Part shown: positions 49,899-60,084 of the stretch, piece after piece
How positions within the stretch are numbered: position 1 is the stretch's first letter
Layout of the letters: each line of letters begins with the position of its first letter
NCBI GenBank assembly: GCA_014653455.1
Contig: JACWEN010000001.1
Location: forward strand, 12,945 to 76,944
DNA: 64,000 nt
Direction of reading: 5' to 3'
Origin: Pelagibacterales bacterium SAG-MED46
Lineage (GTDB): Bacteria; Pseudomonadota; Alphaproteobacteria; Pelagibacterales; Pelagibacteraceae
Made by a program: the position numbers and the translations under genes
Notes under the pieces: model-generated
The model's database searches: none
The model's input: only the letters and a program-made list of their open reading frames with translations
What the model was told of the DNA's origin: nothing

Positions 49899-50638
49899 GC
49901 GGAAGATTGAAAGGTAAAAAAATCATAGTAACAGCTGCAGGCCAAGGCATAGGAAAAGCTACTGCAATTGCATTTCACAATGAAGGAGCTGATGTTACTG
50001 CAACAGATTTAAATGATAAAACCTTAGCTGATTTAAATAAAGAATATCCCAATATTAAAGTTACAACATTAGACTCAACAGATAACAATGCAATTTTAGA
50101 ATTTGTAAAAACTTTAGATAAAGTTGATGTTTTATTTAATGCTGTTGGATTTGTTCATCATGGAACTATACTTGATTGTGAAGAAAAAGATTGGGATTTT
50201 TCTTTTGATGTAAATATTAAATCTATGTACTTTATGTGTAAGGCAATTTTACCTTTAATGGTTAAACAAAATGGCGGAAGTATAATTAATATTTCCTCAA
50301 TAGCTTCAAGTTTAAAAGGTTTGCCAAATAGATTTGTTTATGGTGCATCAAAAGCAGCAATTATTGGTTTAACAAAGTCAATTGCTTCAGATTTTGTAAA
50401 ACAAAATATTAGATGTAATTCTATTGCACCTGGTACAGTTTTTTCACCATCTTGGCAAGATAGAGTTAACCAAAGTCCTGATCCAGTTCAAGCTAAAAAA
50501 GATTTTATAGCAAGACAACCTATGGGAAGATTAGGAACTGCAGAAGAGATAGCAGCGATGGCAATTTATCTTGCAGGAGATGAGTCTACATTTACGACTG
50601 GAAATACATTTTCTGTTGATGGCGGAATGACAATTTAA
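49895..50638 (+). CDS. SDR oxidoreductase (2-keto-3-deoxy-L-fuconate dehydrogenase/BDH2-like)
   Basis: TAAGQGIG, N..G.VHHG.IL.C...DWD.SF..N, Y.ASK, PGTV.SPS, F.ARQPMGRLG. Confidence 0.85.
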   Translation: MSGRLKGKKIIVTAAGQGIGKATAIAFHNEGADVTATDLNDKTLADLNKEYPNIKVTTLDSTDNNAILEFVKTLDKVDVLFNAVGFVHHGTILDCEEKDWDFSFDVNIKSMYFMCKAILPLMVKQNGGSIINISSIASSLKGLPNRFVYGASKAAIIGLTKSIASDFVKQNIRCNSIAPGTVFSPSWQDRVNQSPDPVQAKKDFIARQPMGRLGTAEEIAAMAIYLAGDESTFTTGNTFSVDGGMTI

Positions 50639-50659
50639 TTAATTAAAAAAAGGAGATAT

Positions 50660-51502
50660 ATGAAATTATTAAGAGTTGGACCAATAGGAAATGAAAAACC
50701 TGCGGCACTAGATAAAGACGGTAAAATTAGAGATATCAGTTCTCATATTAGTGACTTAAATCCTGATAATCTTAATTTTGAGACTTTATCAAAATTACAA
50801 AGTGCAGATTTATCTTCCCTTCCTGAATTATCTTCAAGTGAAAGAGTTGGTTCTTGTTTAACAAAACCAGGTAAATTTGTTGCAATAGGTCTAAATTACT
50901 CTGATCATGCTGCTGAAACCGGAGCAGACGTTCCTTCGGAGCCAATAATGTTTATGAAGGCAACAAGTTGTATAGTTGGACCTAATGATGATGTTGAAAT
51001 TGTTTCGGGATCAAAAAAATTAGACTGGGAAGTGGAACTTGGAATTGTAATTGGTAAAGAAACTAAACATATTTCTGAAACCCAATCTCAAGATCATATT
51101 TTAGGGTATTGTCTTGTTAACGATGTAAGTGAAAGAGAGTGGCAAATTGAAAAAATGGGTCAGTGGGTTAAAGGTAAATCTCATGACAGTTACGGTCCTA
51201 TAGGTCCGTACTTAGTTTCAAAAGATGAAATTGCAGACATTAATAATCTAAAAATGAGTTTAGATGTAAATGGTAATAGAATGCAAACAGGAAACACAAG
51301 CACAATGATCTTTAATGTTGATGTAATTGTTTCTTATGTAAGTAAATTCATGTCACTGCAACCAGGTGATATAATAACTACTGGAACACCCCCAGGAGTA
51401 GGTATGGGTATGAAACCTCAACAATTTTTAAAAGCTGGAGATACAATGAAATTATCTATAGAAAATTTAGGAGAGCAAAACTCAAAAGTAGTTGCTTTAT
51501 AA
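50660..51502 (+). CDS. Fumarylacetoacetate hydrolase family protein (2,4-diketo-3-deoxy-aldonate hydrolase-like)
   Basis: MKLLR.G..G.EKP, IGLNY.DHA.E, DWEVEL, NDVSER.WQ, GQW.KGK, TGTP.GVG. Confidence 0.88.
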   Translation: MKLLRVGPIGNEKPAALDKDGKIRDISSHISDLNPDNLNFETLSKLQSADLSSLPELSSSERVGSCLTKPGKFVAIGLNYSDHAAETGADVPSEPIMFMKATSCIVGPNDDVEIVSGSKKLDWEVELGIVIGKETKHISETQSQDHILGYCLVNDVSEREWQIEKMGQWVKGKSHDSYGPIGPYLVSKDEIADINNLKMSLDVNGNRMQTGNTSTMIFNVDVIVSYVSKFMSLQPGDIITTGTPPGVGMGMKPQQFLKAGDTMKLSIENLGEQNSKVVAL

Positions 51503-51508
51503 ATAATT

Positions 51509-52681
51509 GTGAAAATAACTTCTATTAAAAGTCATGTACTTAGATATGAGTTAGAGAAAGAACTTGGTTATTCACAACAATATTACAAATATCGTACAGC
51601 ACATCTTGTAGAAGTTGAAACAGATGAAGGTATTACTGGTTGGGGTGAATGTTTTGGGCCAGGAAATATCGCTTTAGCTAATAAGTTTATAGTTGAGAAA
51701 GTTGTTCAACCATTAATCATTGGAGAAGACCCATTAAATAAAGAGTATATTTGGCAAAAAGTTTACAATCTTCTAAGAGATAGTGGACAAAAAGGTATGC
51801 CAATACAAGCACTGTCTGGAATTGATATTGCGTTATGGGATATTTTAGGAAAAAAAACAAAATCTCCACTTTACCAACTAGTTGGTGGAAAATGTAACGA
51901 ACAAGTTCCAGTATATGGTTATGGCATGATGTTGCAAAAAAAACCTACCTCAGAATTAATAGACTTATTTAAAGAAGAAGCAAAACAGATTAAATCTAAA
52001 AATTTCCGTGCAATGAAAATGAAGGTTGGATTAGGACCCGTAGAAGATCTTAAATTAGTTAGAGCTGTTAGAGATGCTATAGGAAGTGGTTTTAAATTAA
52101 TGGTTGATGCAAATCATGCTTATAATTTAAATGATGCCTTATATCTTGGAAGAGGTTTAGATGAACTAGATATATTTTGGCTTGAGGAACCGGTAGCACC
52201 TGAAGATTATGATGGCTATAGAGAGTTGAAACAAAAAATAAATACAAATATTGCAGGTGGTGAAGCAGAGTTTACAAAATATGGCTGGAATGAATTAATT
52301 AAAAAAAGATGTGTTGATATTGCTCAACCTGAAGTTTGTGGATTAGGAGGTATTACCGAGTATTTAAAAGTATCAGCAATAGCTCAAGCTAATTTTATAC
52401 CAGTTATTAATCATGTATGGGGATCTGCTGTAAGTATAGCAACTAACTTGCATTTATTAACAGCGCAACCAGATATGCCAGGTGGTCTATTTCCATCAAA
52501 ATCAATGTTAGAGTTTGATACTACTGAAAAGAATATATTTATTACTGATTTACCTAAAGAAGATTTTTCAATTTTAGATCAAGTAAAACAAAATAATGGA
52601 TTTGCTTCAATAACTGATAACCCAGGTATAGGCATCACACCTAATAAAGATTTTATAAAAGAATTTGAGGTTAATGAGTAA
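51509..52681 (+). CDS. Mandelate racemase/enolase superfamily enzyme (galactarolactone cycloisomerase-like)
   Basis: ETDEG..GWGE, SG.DIALWD..GK, KMKVG, MVDANH, W.EEP, GE, GG.TE, H.WG. Confidence 0.85.
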   Translation: MKITSIKSHVLRYELEKELGYSQQYYKYRTAHLVEVETDEGITGWGECFGPGNIALANKFIVEKVVQPLIIGEDPLNKEYIWQKVYNLLRDSGQKGMPIQALSGIDIALWDILGKKTKSPLYQLVGGKCNEQVPVYGYGMMLQKKPTSELIDLFKEEAKQIKSKNFRAMKMKVGLGPVEDLKLVRAVRDAIGSGFKLMVDANHAYNLNDALYLGRGLDELDIFWLEEPVAPEDYDGYRELKQKINTNIAGGEAEFTKYGWNELIKKRCVDIAQPEVCGLGGITEYLKVSAIAQANFIPVINHVWGSAVSIATNLHLLTAQPDMPGGLFPSKSMLEFDTTEKNIFITDLPKEDFSILDQVKQNNGFASITDNPGIGITPNKDFIKEFEVNE

Positions 52682-53585
52682 AATTAAAACATCAGAACCA
52701 AAAGTACTTTGGAAACTAAGATGTAAGTTAGGTGAAGGAACATTGTGGGTCAAAGAACATAATTCAATCTATTTTGTAGATATTAAAAAAAAGAAATTTT
52801 TCTCTTTAAATATTAAAAATAATAAAAAGAAAATTTATAAAGTTAATAAAGAAATTGGCTTTCTTGCGCATGTTCAAGGGTATGTTTTTATTTTAGGTCT
52901 TCAGGGTGAGTTAAGAATACAAAATATTAAAACTAAAAAAATATTTAAAAAAATTTCAATAGAAAAAAATATTAAATTAAACAGAATCAATGATGGAAAA
53001 ACTGATCCAAAGGGAAACCTTTGGTTTGGAACTATGGACAATTTAGAAAGAAAAATTGAAAATGGCTCATTGTATAAATTAGATAAAAATTTAATATTAA
53101 CAAAAGTTGATAAAAATTATAGAATTACGAATGGTCCAGCTTTTATTGATCAATATAATTTTTATCATACGGATAGTCCAAAAAAGAAAATTTATAAAAT
53201 AAAGATAAATAAAAATAATAAGATTATTAATAAAAAGATATTTAAGCAATTATCACCTAAAGGTGGATCTCCAGATGGAATGACTGTGGATAAATATAAA
53301 AATTTATGGGTTGCTCATTTTAATGGAGCATGTATCTCAGTTTTTAATAAAAATGCTAAATTAATACATAAAATTAGTCTTCCTGCTCAAAACATAACTA
53401 ATTGTGCATTTGGTGGGCAAAATAATAATGAACTTTTTATTACATCTGCAACTAAAGGTATGAATAAAACAGGATTGCAAAAATTTAGATATTCAGGATT
53501 TTTATTTAGTATAAAAACTAACTCTAAAGGAATTTTACAAAAAAAATTTATTTTAAGTAATGAAAAAAAGAGATCTTTATTATGA
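52674..53585 (+). CDS. SMP-30/gluconolactonase family sugar lactonase
   Basis: LGEG..W, RINDG..DP.G.LW.GTM, NGP, PDG..VD, T.CAFGG....L.ITSA. Confidence 0.9.
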   Translation: MSKIKTSEPKVLWKLRCKLGEGTLWVKEHNSIYFVDIKKKKFFSLNIKNNKKKIYKVNKEIGFLAHVQGYVFILGLQGELRIQNIKTKKIFKKISIEKNIKLNRINDGKTDPKGNLWFGTMDNLERKIENGSLYKLDKNLILTKVDKNYRITNGPAFIDQYNFYHTDSPKKKIYKIKINKNNKIINKKIFKQLSPKGGSPDGMTVDKYKNLWVAHFNGACISVFNKNAKLIHKISLPAQNITNCAFGGQNNNELFITSATKGMNKTGLQKFRYSGFLFSIKTNSKGILQKKFILSNEKKRSLL

Positions 53586-56250
53586 ACGAATTCCGACTAA
53601 GCTTTTAAGGGAAGATATTAGGTTACTTGGAACATTTCTAGGCAGAGTTATTAAAGACCAGGAAGGTATAACTTTTTATAAGATAGTAGAAAGATTGCGT
53701 TTATTATCCAAAAATACTTTAATAGATAAGAATAAAGCAAAAGTTTTTTTAAAAATTTCAAAAGAAGTTAGAAAACTTTCACCAAAACATACTTTTAAAA
53801 TAACACGTGCGTTTTCTCACATACTCAATCTAATGAATCTTGCAGAGTCCTTGGATGCATCACGAAAACTAAATGAATATGATAATCCTTATTTTAAAAA
53901 TAAAAATCAGAATTTATTTATTGAAGATATAGTTGAAGGACTTTTTAAAGATAAGAAAATCTCTAACAACAAGATATATGAACAGGCTAAAAATTTAGAT
54001 ATTGGCATTGTTCTAACCGCGCATCCTACCGAAGTTAAGAGAAGAACTTTAATTCAAAAATATGCAAATTTGATTGAACTAATGGAGCAAAGACATCTCT
54101 ACAAAAAATATCCATCAAAAATTATTGAGATCGATAGAAAAATTTATACTGAAATTACTGTTATTTGGAAAACAGATGAATTGAAAAGATCTAAACCTTC
54201 TCCTCTTGATGAAGCTAGGTGGGGACTTGCTGTTATAGAGGATAGTTTATGGGACACAATTCCAAAAGTTTATAAAAGATTAAATGATATTTTTAGAAAA
54301 AATTTGAACAAAGATTTACCTAGAACTTTTAATCCTATTCAATTTGGTTCATGGATGGGAGGTGATCGAGATGGAAATCCAAATGTTACAGCCGAAGTTA
54401 CCAAAAAAGTAATTTTATTTTCAAGATGGCAAGCAGCAAAACTATATGAAAAAGAATTAACTAAATTAATTCAAGATTTATCAATGGAAGAATGTTCTAA
54501 TAAAATTAGAAGAGTAGTTGGAAAATCTTTTGAGCCATACAGAGTATACTTAAGACCTATTAGAGATAAAATTAGAACAACTCATCAACTAATAGAAAGT
54601 CATTTAAATAAAAACATACAACTTAATGAAAGTAAATTGTTACAACATAAAAATGAAATTTTAAAACCATTAAGAGATATTAGAGAGTCGTTAAATTTAA
54701 ATCGCGGACAACATGTTGGAAATTCAGATCTATTAGATTTAATTAGAAGAGTTAAATGTTTTGGAGTCAATCTTGCAAAATTAGATATAAGACAAGAGTC
54801 TTCTCGTCATGAAAAATTATTAAATGAAGTGTTTAAAAAAAGATATAGAATTAACTATTTGAACATAAGTGAAAATAAAAAAATAAATTTACTTTATTCT
54901 TTAATTAAACAAAAAAAATATTTTGTAGATAAACTAACCATTAAAAACAAAGATAATAAAGAAGTTTGGAATACGTTTAAACAAATTTCAAAAGAACCAA
55001 CCCAATGTCTTGGTGCCTACGTTATATCAATGACATCAAAAGCTTCAGATATTTTGTCTGTTTATTTTCTCCAAAAACAAGCTCAAACTAAAAATTTTTT
55101 AAGAGTGGTACCTTTATTTGAAACTTTAGATGATTTAAAAAATGCTAAAGATGTAATGGAAAACCTTTTTAAATTAAATTGGTATCGAAAGCTTATTAAG
55201 AACAAACAAGAGGTAATGATAGGTTATTCAGACTCAAGTAAAGATGCGGGTAAATTATCCGCTAGCTGGCATCAATACAAACTTCAAGAAAAGTTAAGAA
55301 ATTTAGCTAAGAAATATAAAATAGACTTAGTATTTTTTCATGGAAGAGGAGGTTCGGCAGGAAGAGGTGGCGGACCAATACAAGCAACTTTAAAATCTCA
55401 ACCAGCTAATACTGTTAATGGAAAAATTAGAATCACTGATCAGGGAGAAGTAATTCAACAAAAATATGGATACAAACCTTTAGCAGAATATAATCTTTGT
55501 AGCTATATAGGTGCTGTTATGGATGCTTCTTTAAATCCACCACCAAAATCAAAAAAAAATTGGCGTAACTTAATAGAAAAGATGTCCGAAATTTCTACAT
55601 CTGCATATAGAAAAAACTTAAATCAAAGTGAAGATTTTATAAGATATTTTAAAACAGTAACGCCACATAAATCACTCGGAAAACTTGCTATAGGATCAAG
55701 GCCTTCAAAAAGAAAAAATGTTGATAATATTCAAAGCTTACGAGCTATACCTTGGGTTTTTGCCTGGACTCAAATTCGTTTGATGTTACCTGCTTGGCTT
55801 GGAACTACTGAAGCTCTTAGGTATGGGTCAATTAAGAAATTTTCTAGAACATTAACAGATATGGAAAGAAATTGGCCCTATTTTGTTTCAACTATGGATA
55901 TACTAGATATGGTAATTTCAAAAGTAGATCCAGAAATTTCAGTTATTTATGAAAATAATTTAGCTGATAGTTCCTTAAAACGAATTGGAAAGAAATTAAG
56001 ATTTCAATTTGACGCATTAGTTAAATTGCATAATAAAATTACTCCAAAAGAAGTTGTTAAAGAAAGAAAAGAGTTTAGAAAAGCACTATTTATAAGAAAT
56101 AATTACACAGAAATGTTAAATATATTACAAGCAAATATTATGAATAAAACTAGTAATCAAAAATATAAAAAACTAGACAAAAAATTTCTTGAAGATGCTT
56201 TAATGACATCAATAGCAGGTATTTCTGCTGCTATGAAAAACACAGGTTAA
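53560..56250 (+). CDS. ppc: Phosphoenolpyruvate carboxylase
   Basis: LTAHPTE, SWMGGDRDGNP, VPLFET, MIGYSDS.KD.G, FHGRGG..GRGG, LRAIPWVF.WTQ, C-terminal MKNTG. Confidence 0.97.
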   Translation: MKKRDLYYERIPTKLLREDIRLLGTFLGRVIKDQEGITFYKIVERLRLLSKNTLIDKNKAKVFLKISKEVRKLSPKHTFKITRAFSHILNLMNLAESLDASRKLNEYDNPYFKNKNQNLFIEDIVEGLFKDKKISNNKIYEQAKNLDIGIVLTAHPTEVKRRTLIQKYANLIELMEQRHLYKKYPSKIIEIDRKIYTEITVIWKTDELKRSKPSPLDEARWGLAVIEDSLWDTIPKVYKRLNDIFRKNLNKDLPRTFNPIQFGSWMGGDRDGNPNVTAEVTKKVILFSRWQAAKLYEKELTKLIQDLSMEECSNKIRRVVGKSFEPYRVYLRPIRDKIRTTHQLIESHLNKNIQLNESKLLQHKNEILKPLRDIRESLNLNRGQHVGNSDLLDLIRRVKCFGVNLAKLDIRQESSRHEKLLNEVFKKRYRINYLNISENKKINLLYSLIKQKKYFVDKLTIKNKDNKEVWNTFKQISKEPTQCLGAYVISMTSKASDILSVYFLQKQAQTKNFLRVVPLFETLDDLKNAKDVMENLFKLNWYRKLIKNKQEVMIGYSDSSKDAGKLSASWHQYKLQEKLRNLAKKYKIDLVFFHGRGGSAGRGGGPIQATLKSQPANTVNGKIRITDQGEVIQQKYGYKPLAEYNLCSYIGAVMDASLNPPPKSKKNWRNLIEKMSEISTSAYRKNLNQSEDFIRYFKTVTPHKSLGKLAIGSRPSKRKNVDNIQSLRAIPWVFAWTQIRLMLPAWLGTTEALRYGSIKKFSRTLTDMERNWPYFVSTMDILDMVISKVDPEISVIYENNLADSSLKRIGKKLRFQFDALVKLHNKITPKEVVKERKEFRKALFIRNNYTEMLNILQANIMNKTSNQKYKKLDKKFLEDALMTSIAGISAAMKNTG

Positions 56251-56958
56251 ATGATTGAATTTTTGATTGCTTTTGGAGCTGGACTTATAAGTTTTTTATC
56301 TCCATGTGTTTTACCTTTAATACCAGGTTATGTTTCATTCATTTCAGGTCAATCACTTCAAGATCTTTTAAGATCTAAAAAAATTAATTTTTTACCATTA
56401 GTGTTATTTTGTTTTGGATTTTCAACAGTATTTATAATCTTGGGTGCATCAGCATCTTTTTTAGGACAAACTCTTTTACAAAATTCTGAAATCTTAAGAA
56501 TTTTTGCAGGTATTATAATAATTATTTTTTCATTACAATTAATTGGTTTCATCAATATTCCATATTTGAATTTAGAAAAAAGATTTGATGCTAAAAAATC
56601 CCAAAATATATTTTTTCCTTATGTAATTGGCTTAGCATTTGGTTTTGGGTGGACTCCATGTATTGGACCAATTTTAGGATCTATACTGGCTTTAGCATCT
56701 ATTGAAGAAACTTTATCTAGAGCAATATTATTACTGAGCTTTTATTCTCTTGGTTTGGCTATACCATTTGTTTTGTCAGGTTATTTAATTCAAAGATTTT
56801 TATTGTTTTCAAAGAATTTTAAGAAAAACATAAGTTTAATATCTAAAATAGGTGGTTTTATTCTTTTAATTACTGGTATTTTAATTTTAACAAACCAATT
56901 ACAAGCAATAGGATTTTATATAATTAAAATTTTTCCTTTTATGCAAAATTTCGGTTAA
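56251..56958 (+). CDS. ccdA: Cytochrome c biogenesis protein CcdA
   Basis: SFLSPCVLPL.P.Y and GWTPCIGPIL. Confidence 0.93.
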   Translation: MIEFLIAFGAGLISFLSPCVLPLIPGYVSFISGQSLQDLLRSKKINFLPLVLFCFGFSTVFIILGASASFLGQTLLQNSEILRIFAGIIIIIFSLQLIGFINIPYLNLEKRFDAKKSQNIFFPYVIGLAFGFGWTPCIGPILGSILALASIEETLSRAILLLSFYSLGLAIPFVLSGYLIQRFLLFSKNFKKNISLISKIGGFILLITGILILTNQLQAIGFYIIKIFPFMQNFG

Positions 56959-56967
56959 AAGTAATAA

Positions 56968-57555
56968 ATGAAAATCTACCAAATAGACTCTAGTGCTAGA
57001 AAAAAAGGCTCTACATCAAGAGCTTTAGCAAAAAAATTATTAGATAAAATTAAAAAACCAGGGGATGAGGTTATTTATAGAGATCTTGACGATGAAATGC
57101 TTTTTGTAAGTGGTTTGACAGAATCTGGAATGAAAATAGACAAAAATGATCAAACAGAAGATCATAAAAAAATGTTTAAACTCTCTGATAAGCTTGTGAG
57201 AGAATTGAAAGAAAGTGATATTATTATAATTTCAGCACCTATTTATAACTATGGCCCTCCTGCAACTTTAAAAGCTTGGTCTGATTTAGCCGCTAGAATT
57301 GGAGAAACATTTAAATTTAAACCCAATGGAAGAAGAGAAGGATTACTTAAAAACAAACAAGCTTATTTAGTTATTACTTCTGGTGGAACTAAATTAAATA
57401 GTTCTGAAGATTTTTTAACCCCATGGTTAAAATTTATTTTAAATTTTTTTGGAATTGAAAAAGTAGAGGTAATCAGTGCAGATCAAATGGCTCTTGATTA
57501 TGAAAAATCTATAGCAAATGCAGAAGCACAAATTGAAAACTTATTTAAAGATTAA
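56968..57555 (+). CDS. azoR: FMN-dependent NADH-azoreductase/quinone reductase (AzoR/AcpD)
   Basis: SSAR...S.SR, PIYNY..P..LKAW.D...R.G.TF, SGG. Confidence 0.85.
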   Translation: MKIYQIDSSARKKGSTSRALAKKLLDKIKKPGDEVIYRDLDDEMLFVSGLTESGMKIDKNDQTEDHKKMFKLSDKLVRELKESDIIIISAPIYNYGPPATLKAWSDLAARIGETFKFKPNGRREGLLKNKQAYLVITSGGTKLNSSEDFLTPWLKFILNFFGIEKVEVISADQMALDYEKSIANAEAQIENLFKD

Positions 57556-58648
57556 ATTTTCTTTTTAAGTGTCTCAGCTTGCCTTCAGTGCTATCATAAT
57601 CAATATAACAACCTTGTAAATATCTGTTACCTTCTCTAGTTTCATATGCTGTTCTGCCATGAAGTAATCTATAATTATCCATCATAATTAGATCTCTAGG
57701 AGCCAATTTAAATTCTATTCTATATTTATTAGAATTATACATTTCAGATAATTTCTTTCTCGCCCTATAATATAAATCTAACTGATCTTTTTCTAAAATT
57801 GGAACATAATCCAATCGAGGACTGAACCTTACTTGTTTAAAAGTTTTGTCATTATTAAGTTTAACTAATTCAGACCAATCTTCTAAGACAACATCTTTAT
57901 CAATAAATTTAAATCTAACCTTTACCTCAGATAAAATTTTATAAAATTCTAGATTTTCATTTTTCAAATCTTCAGTTACTGTAAAGCCATCAACCAGAGT
58001 GGATAATCCTCCAGATACTTCGCTTACAATACAATGGAGTAGTTGAATACAGGGAACAGGATTGCGGTAAGGATTGTCTGTGTGAGGAGTTAAACCTAGA
58101 GAAGTATAAGCAAGATCATTTGGGTCTGATTTGGATTTGACATCAAAATATTCACCAAAATTAGTTCTTCTTACACTTCCTATTGAGTTTGCAAAATTAA
58201 CAATAAAATTATCATTTATTGGAATATTCTTAATTATAACAAAACCATATTTATAAAAAGAAACAAGTAAATCGTACATCTCTCTACTTTCAAAAAAGTT
58301 TTCTAGATATTCAAAGTTTTTTATTTCCTTTAAAGAAGAGTCCCATTTTACTTTGGTGATAGATTTTATAACAGTGTCTTCGTTTGAAAATTCTAGAGCA
58401 AGCTTACTAATATCTAATTTTGAACTAACACCATCATTAAAATTTATTTCAAGAAAATTGTCATTTATACATACTTTATCTATTGATATTTCACTATCTA
58501 GAGATGTTGGGTCAAAAAGTCTTTGTTGGGTACCTTTGTCTAAGAACTTTTCATCATCAATTCTCTCTCTTAACCAAAATGGATGAATTTCTTTTTTTAG
58601 CGAACCATTATTTAAGTAAACTTTATTTTTGATGAGTTGAATTTTCAT
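57545..58648 (-). CDS. Gamma-butyrobetaine dioxygenase-like TauD/TfdA Fe(II)/2OG oxygenase
   Basis: N-terminal WLRE...T.QRL domain, DLAYT, HTD.PY, QLLHC, GG.S..VDGF, DN.R.LHGR, R.LQGCY.D. Confidence 0.88.
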   Translation of the reverse strand: MKIQLIKNKVYLNNGSLKKEIHPFWLRERIDDEKFLDKGTQQRLFDPTSLDSEISIDKVCINDNFLEINFNDGVSSKLDISKLALEFSNEDTVIKSITKVKWDSSLKEIKNFEYLENFFESREMYDLLVSFYKYGFVIIKNIPINDNFIVNFANSIGSVRRTNFGEYFDVKSKSDPNDLAYTSLGLTPHTDNPYRNPVPCIQLLHCIVSEVSGGLSTLVDGFTVTEDLKNENLEFYKILSEVKVRFKFIDKDVVLEDWSELVKLNNDKTFKQVRFSPRLDYVPILEKDQLDLYYRARKKLSEMYNSNKYRIEFKLAPRDLIMMDNYRLLHGRTAYETREGNRYLQGCYIDYDSTEGKLRHLKRKFNL

Positions 58649-58709
58649 ACCTTAAGAATAAGAATTATTTAAAATTTAACTTTATTCAACATAAATAAAA
58701 TAGTAAGAG

Positions 58710-59522
58710 TTGGTTGTGGATCAATTTAATTCAAAAAAATACCAAATATATGCTAATTTTTTAAATAAGTTGGCAAAGGATTTAACTAGTTTTTATTATT
58801 CTAAGTTGAGTAGAACTTTTAAAGTTTCTAATAAGCTTAAGGGGAAAGGTTATGATCCGGTAACTACTTCAGATAGGGCATTTGAGAGATTTATTAGATA
58901 TAAAATTAAAAAAAAATTTCCTAATCATCAAGTTATAGGTGAAGAGTTTGGACATAAAAAATCTAAAAGTGATTATACTTGGGTGATAGATCCAATAGAT
59001 GGTACAAGATCATTTGTAATTGGTAACCCAACTTGGAGTAATTTAATTTCTCTGAATTATAAAGGAAATCCAATTTTAGGGTTGGCTAATTTTCCGGTAC
59101 TAAAAAAATACTATCTAAACTATTCAGAAAAGGCAGCTTATGTAGTGAGTAATGGAAATAAAATAAAGATGTCAGTAAATAAAAAAGCTAAGTTCAAGGG
59201 TGTTAAAGTTGCAGCTGCATTTCATGGATGGTTGTCCCTTGATAAACAAAAAAAAATTCCAAAAGTTTTGAAATTGATGCAATTTCCATGCAGTGATGCT
59301 TTAAGTTATTCACATCTTGCCGAGGGAAGACTGGATATTGTCATACAATGTTCAAATAAGATTTGGGATATTCATCCATTGATTCCAATAATTAAAGCTG
59401 CTGGAGGATGTATCTCAACTTGGGATAACAAAGATGCTATTAATGCTGGAAATATTTTAGTTTCATCAAATAAAACTATTCATAATAAATTTCTTAAATT
59501 ATTAAAACCTGTTTCAAAATGA
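58710..59522 (+). CDS. Inositol monophosphatase family protein, HisN-like histidinol-phosphatase
   Basis: DPVT..D, GEE.G, WVIDPIDGT.SF..G.P.W, WD; the HisN assignment is inference. Confidence 0.8.
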   Translation: MVVDQFNSKKYQIYANFLNKLAKDLTSFYYSKLSRTFKVSNKLKGKGYDPVTTSDRAFERFIRYKIKKKFPNHQVIGEEFGHKKSKSDYTWVIDPIDGTRSFVIGNPTWSNLISLNYKGNPILGLANFPVLKKYYLNYSEKAAYVVSNGNKIKMSVNKKAKFKGVKVAAAFHGWLSLDKQKKIPKVLKLMQFPCSDALSYSHLAEGRLDIVIQCSNKIWDIHPLIPIIKAAGGCISTWDNKDAINAGNILVSSNKTIHNKFLKLLKPVSK

Positions 59523-60082
59523 TTCCAAAAAAAGCACAAGAAATTTTAGATTTTTGGTTCAAAGAGACTTCTTCCGAAAAAAAGTTTAAAAAAGATGAAG
59601 CTTTTGATCAAACAATAAGAAACAGGTTTTTAAATGATTATGAACTCGCAAGTCAAAATGAGTATGACGATTGGCAAGATCAACCAATGAGTACTTTAGC
59701 TTTAGTTATTCTTTTTGATCAATTTTCAAGAAATATGTTTAGAGACAATAAAAAAGCTTTTTCGCAAGACCACAAAACAAGATTAATTGTTAATGATGCA
59801 GTTTATGCTGGTTACCTTGAAACAATGAATGAAAGTCATAGATTTTTTATGATTTTACCACTAATACACAGTGAAGAAATTACAGATCATGACATGGCTT
59901 ATTATTTGTTAAACAAATATTTGAGAGAACATGAGGAGTATAACCAAATAAAAAAATTTTGGCAGGATCACACTAAAGCTATTAGACTATTTCACAGATA
60001 TCCCCATAGAAATAAAGTTCTTGGACGAGATTCAACTTTAGAAGAAAAAGAATTCTTAAAAGATCCTAATTCATCCTGGTAA
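59519..60082 (+). CDS. DUF924 family protein
   Basis: IL.FWF, LA..IL.DQFSRN.FR, F..LP..HSE, F.R.PHRN..LGR.ST.EE..FL. Confidence 0.9.
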   Translation: MIPKKAQEILDFWFKETSSEKKFKKDEAFDQTIRNRFLNDYELASQNEYDDWQDQPMSTLALVILFDQFSRNMFRDNKKAFSQDHKTRLIVNDAVYAGYLETMNESHRFFMILPLIHSEEITDHDMAYYLLNKYLREHEEYNQIKKFWQDHTKAIRLFHRYPHRNKVLGRDSTLEEKEFLKDPNSSW

Positions 60083-60084
60083 TT

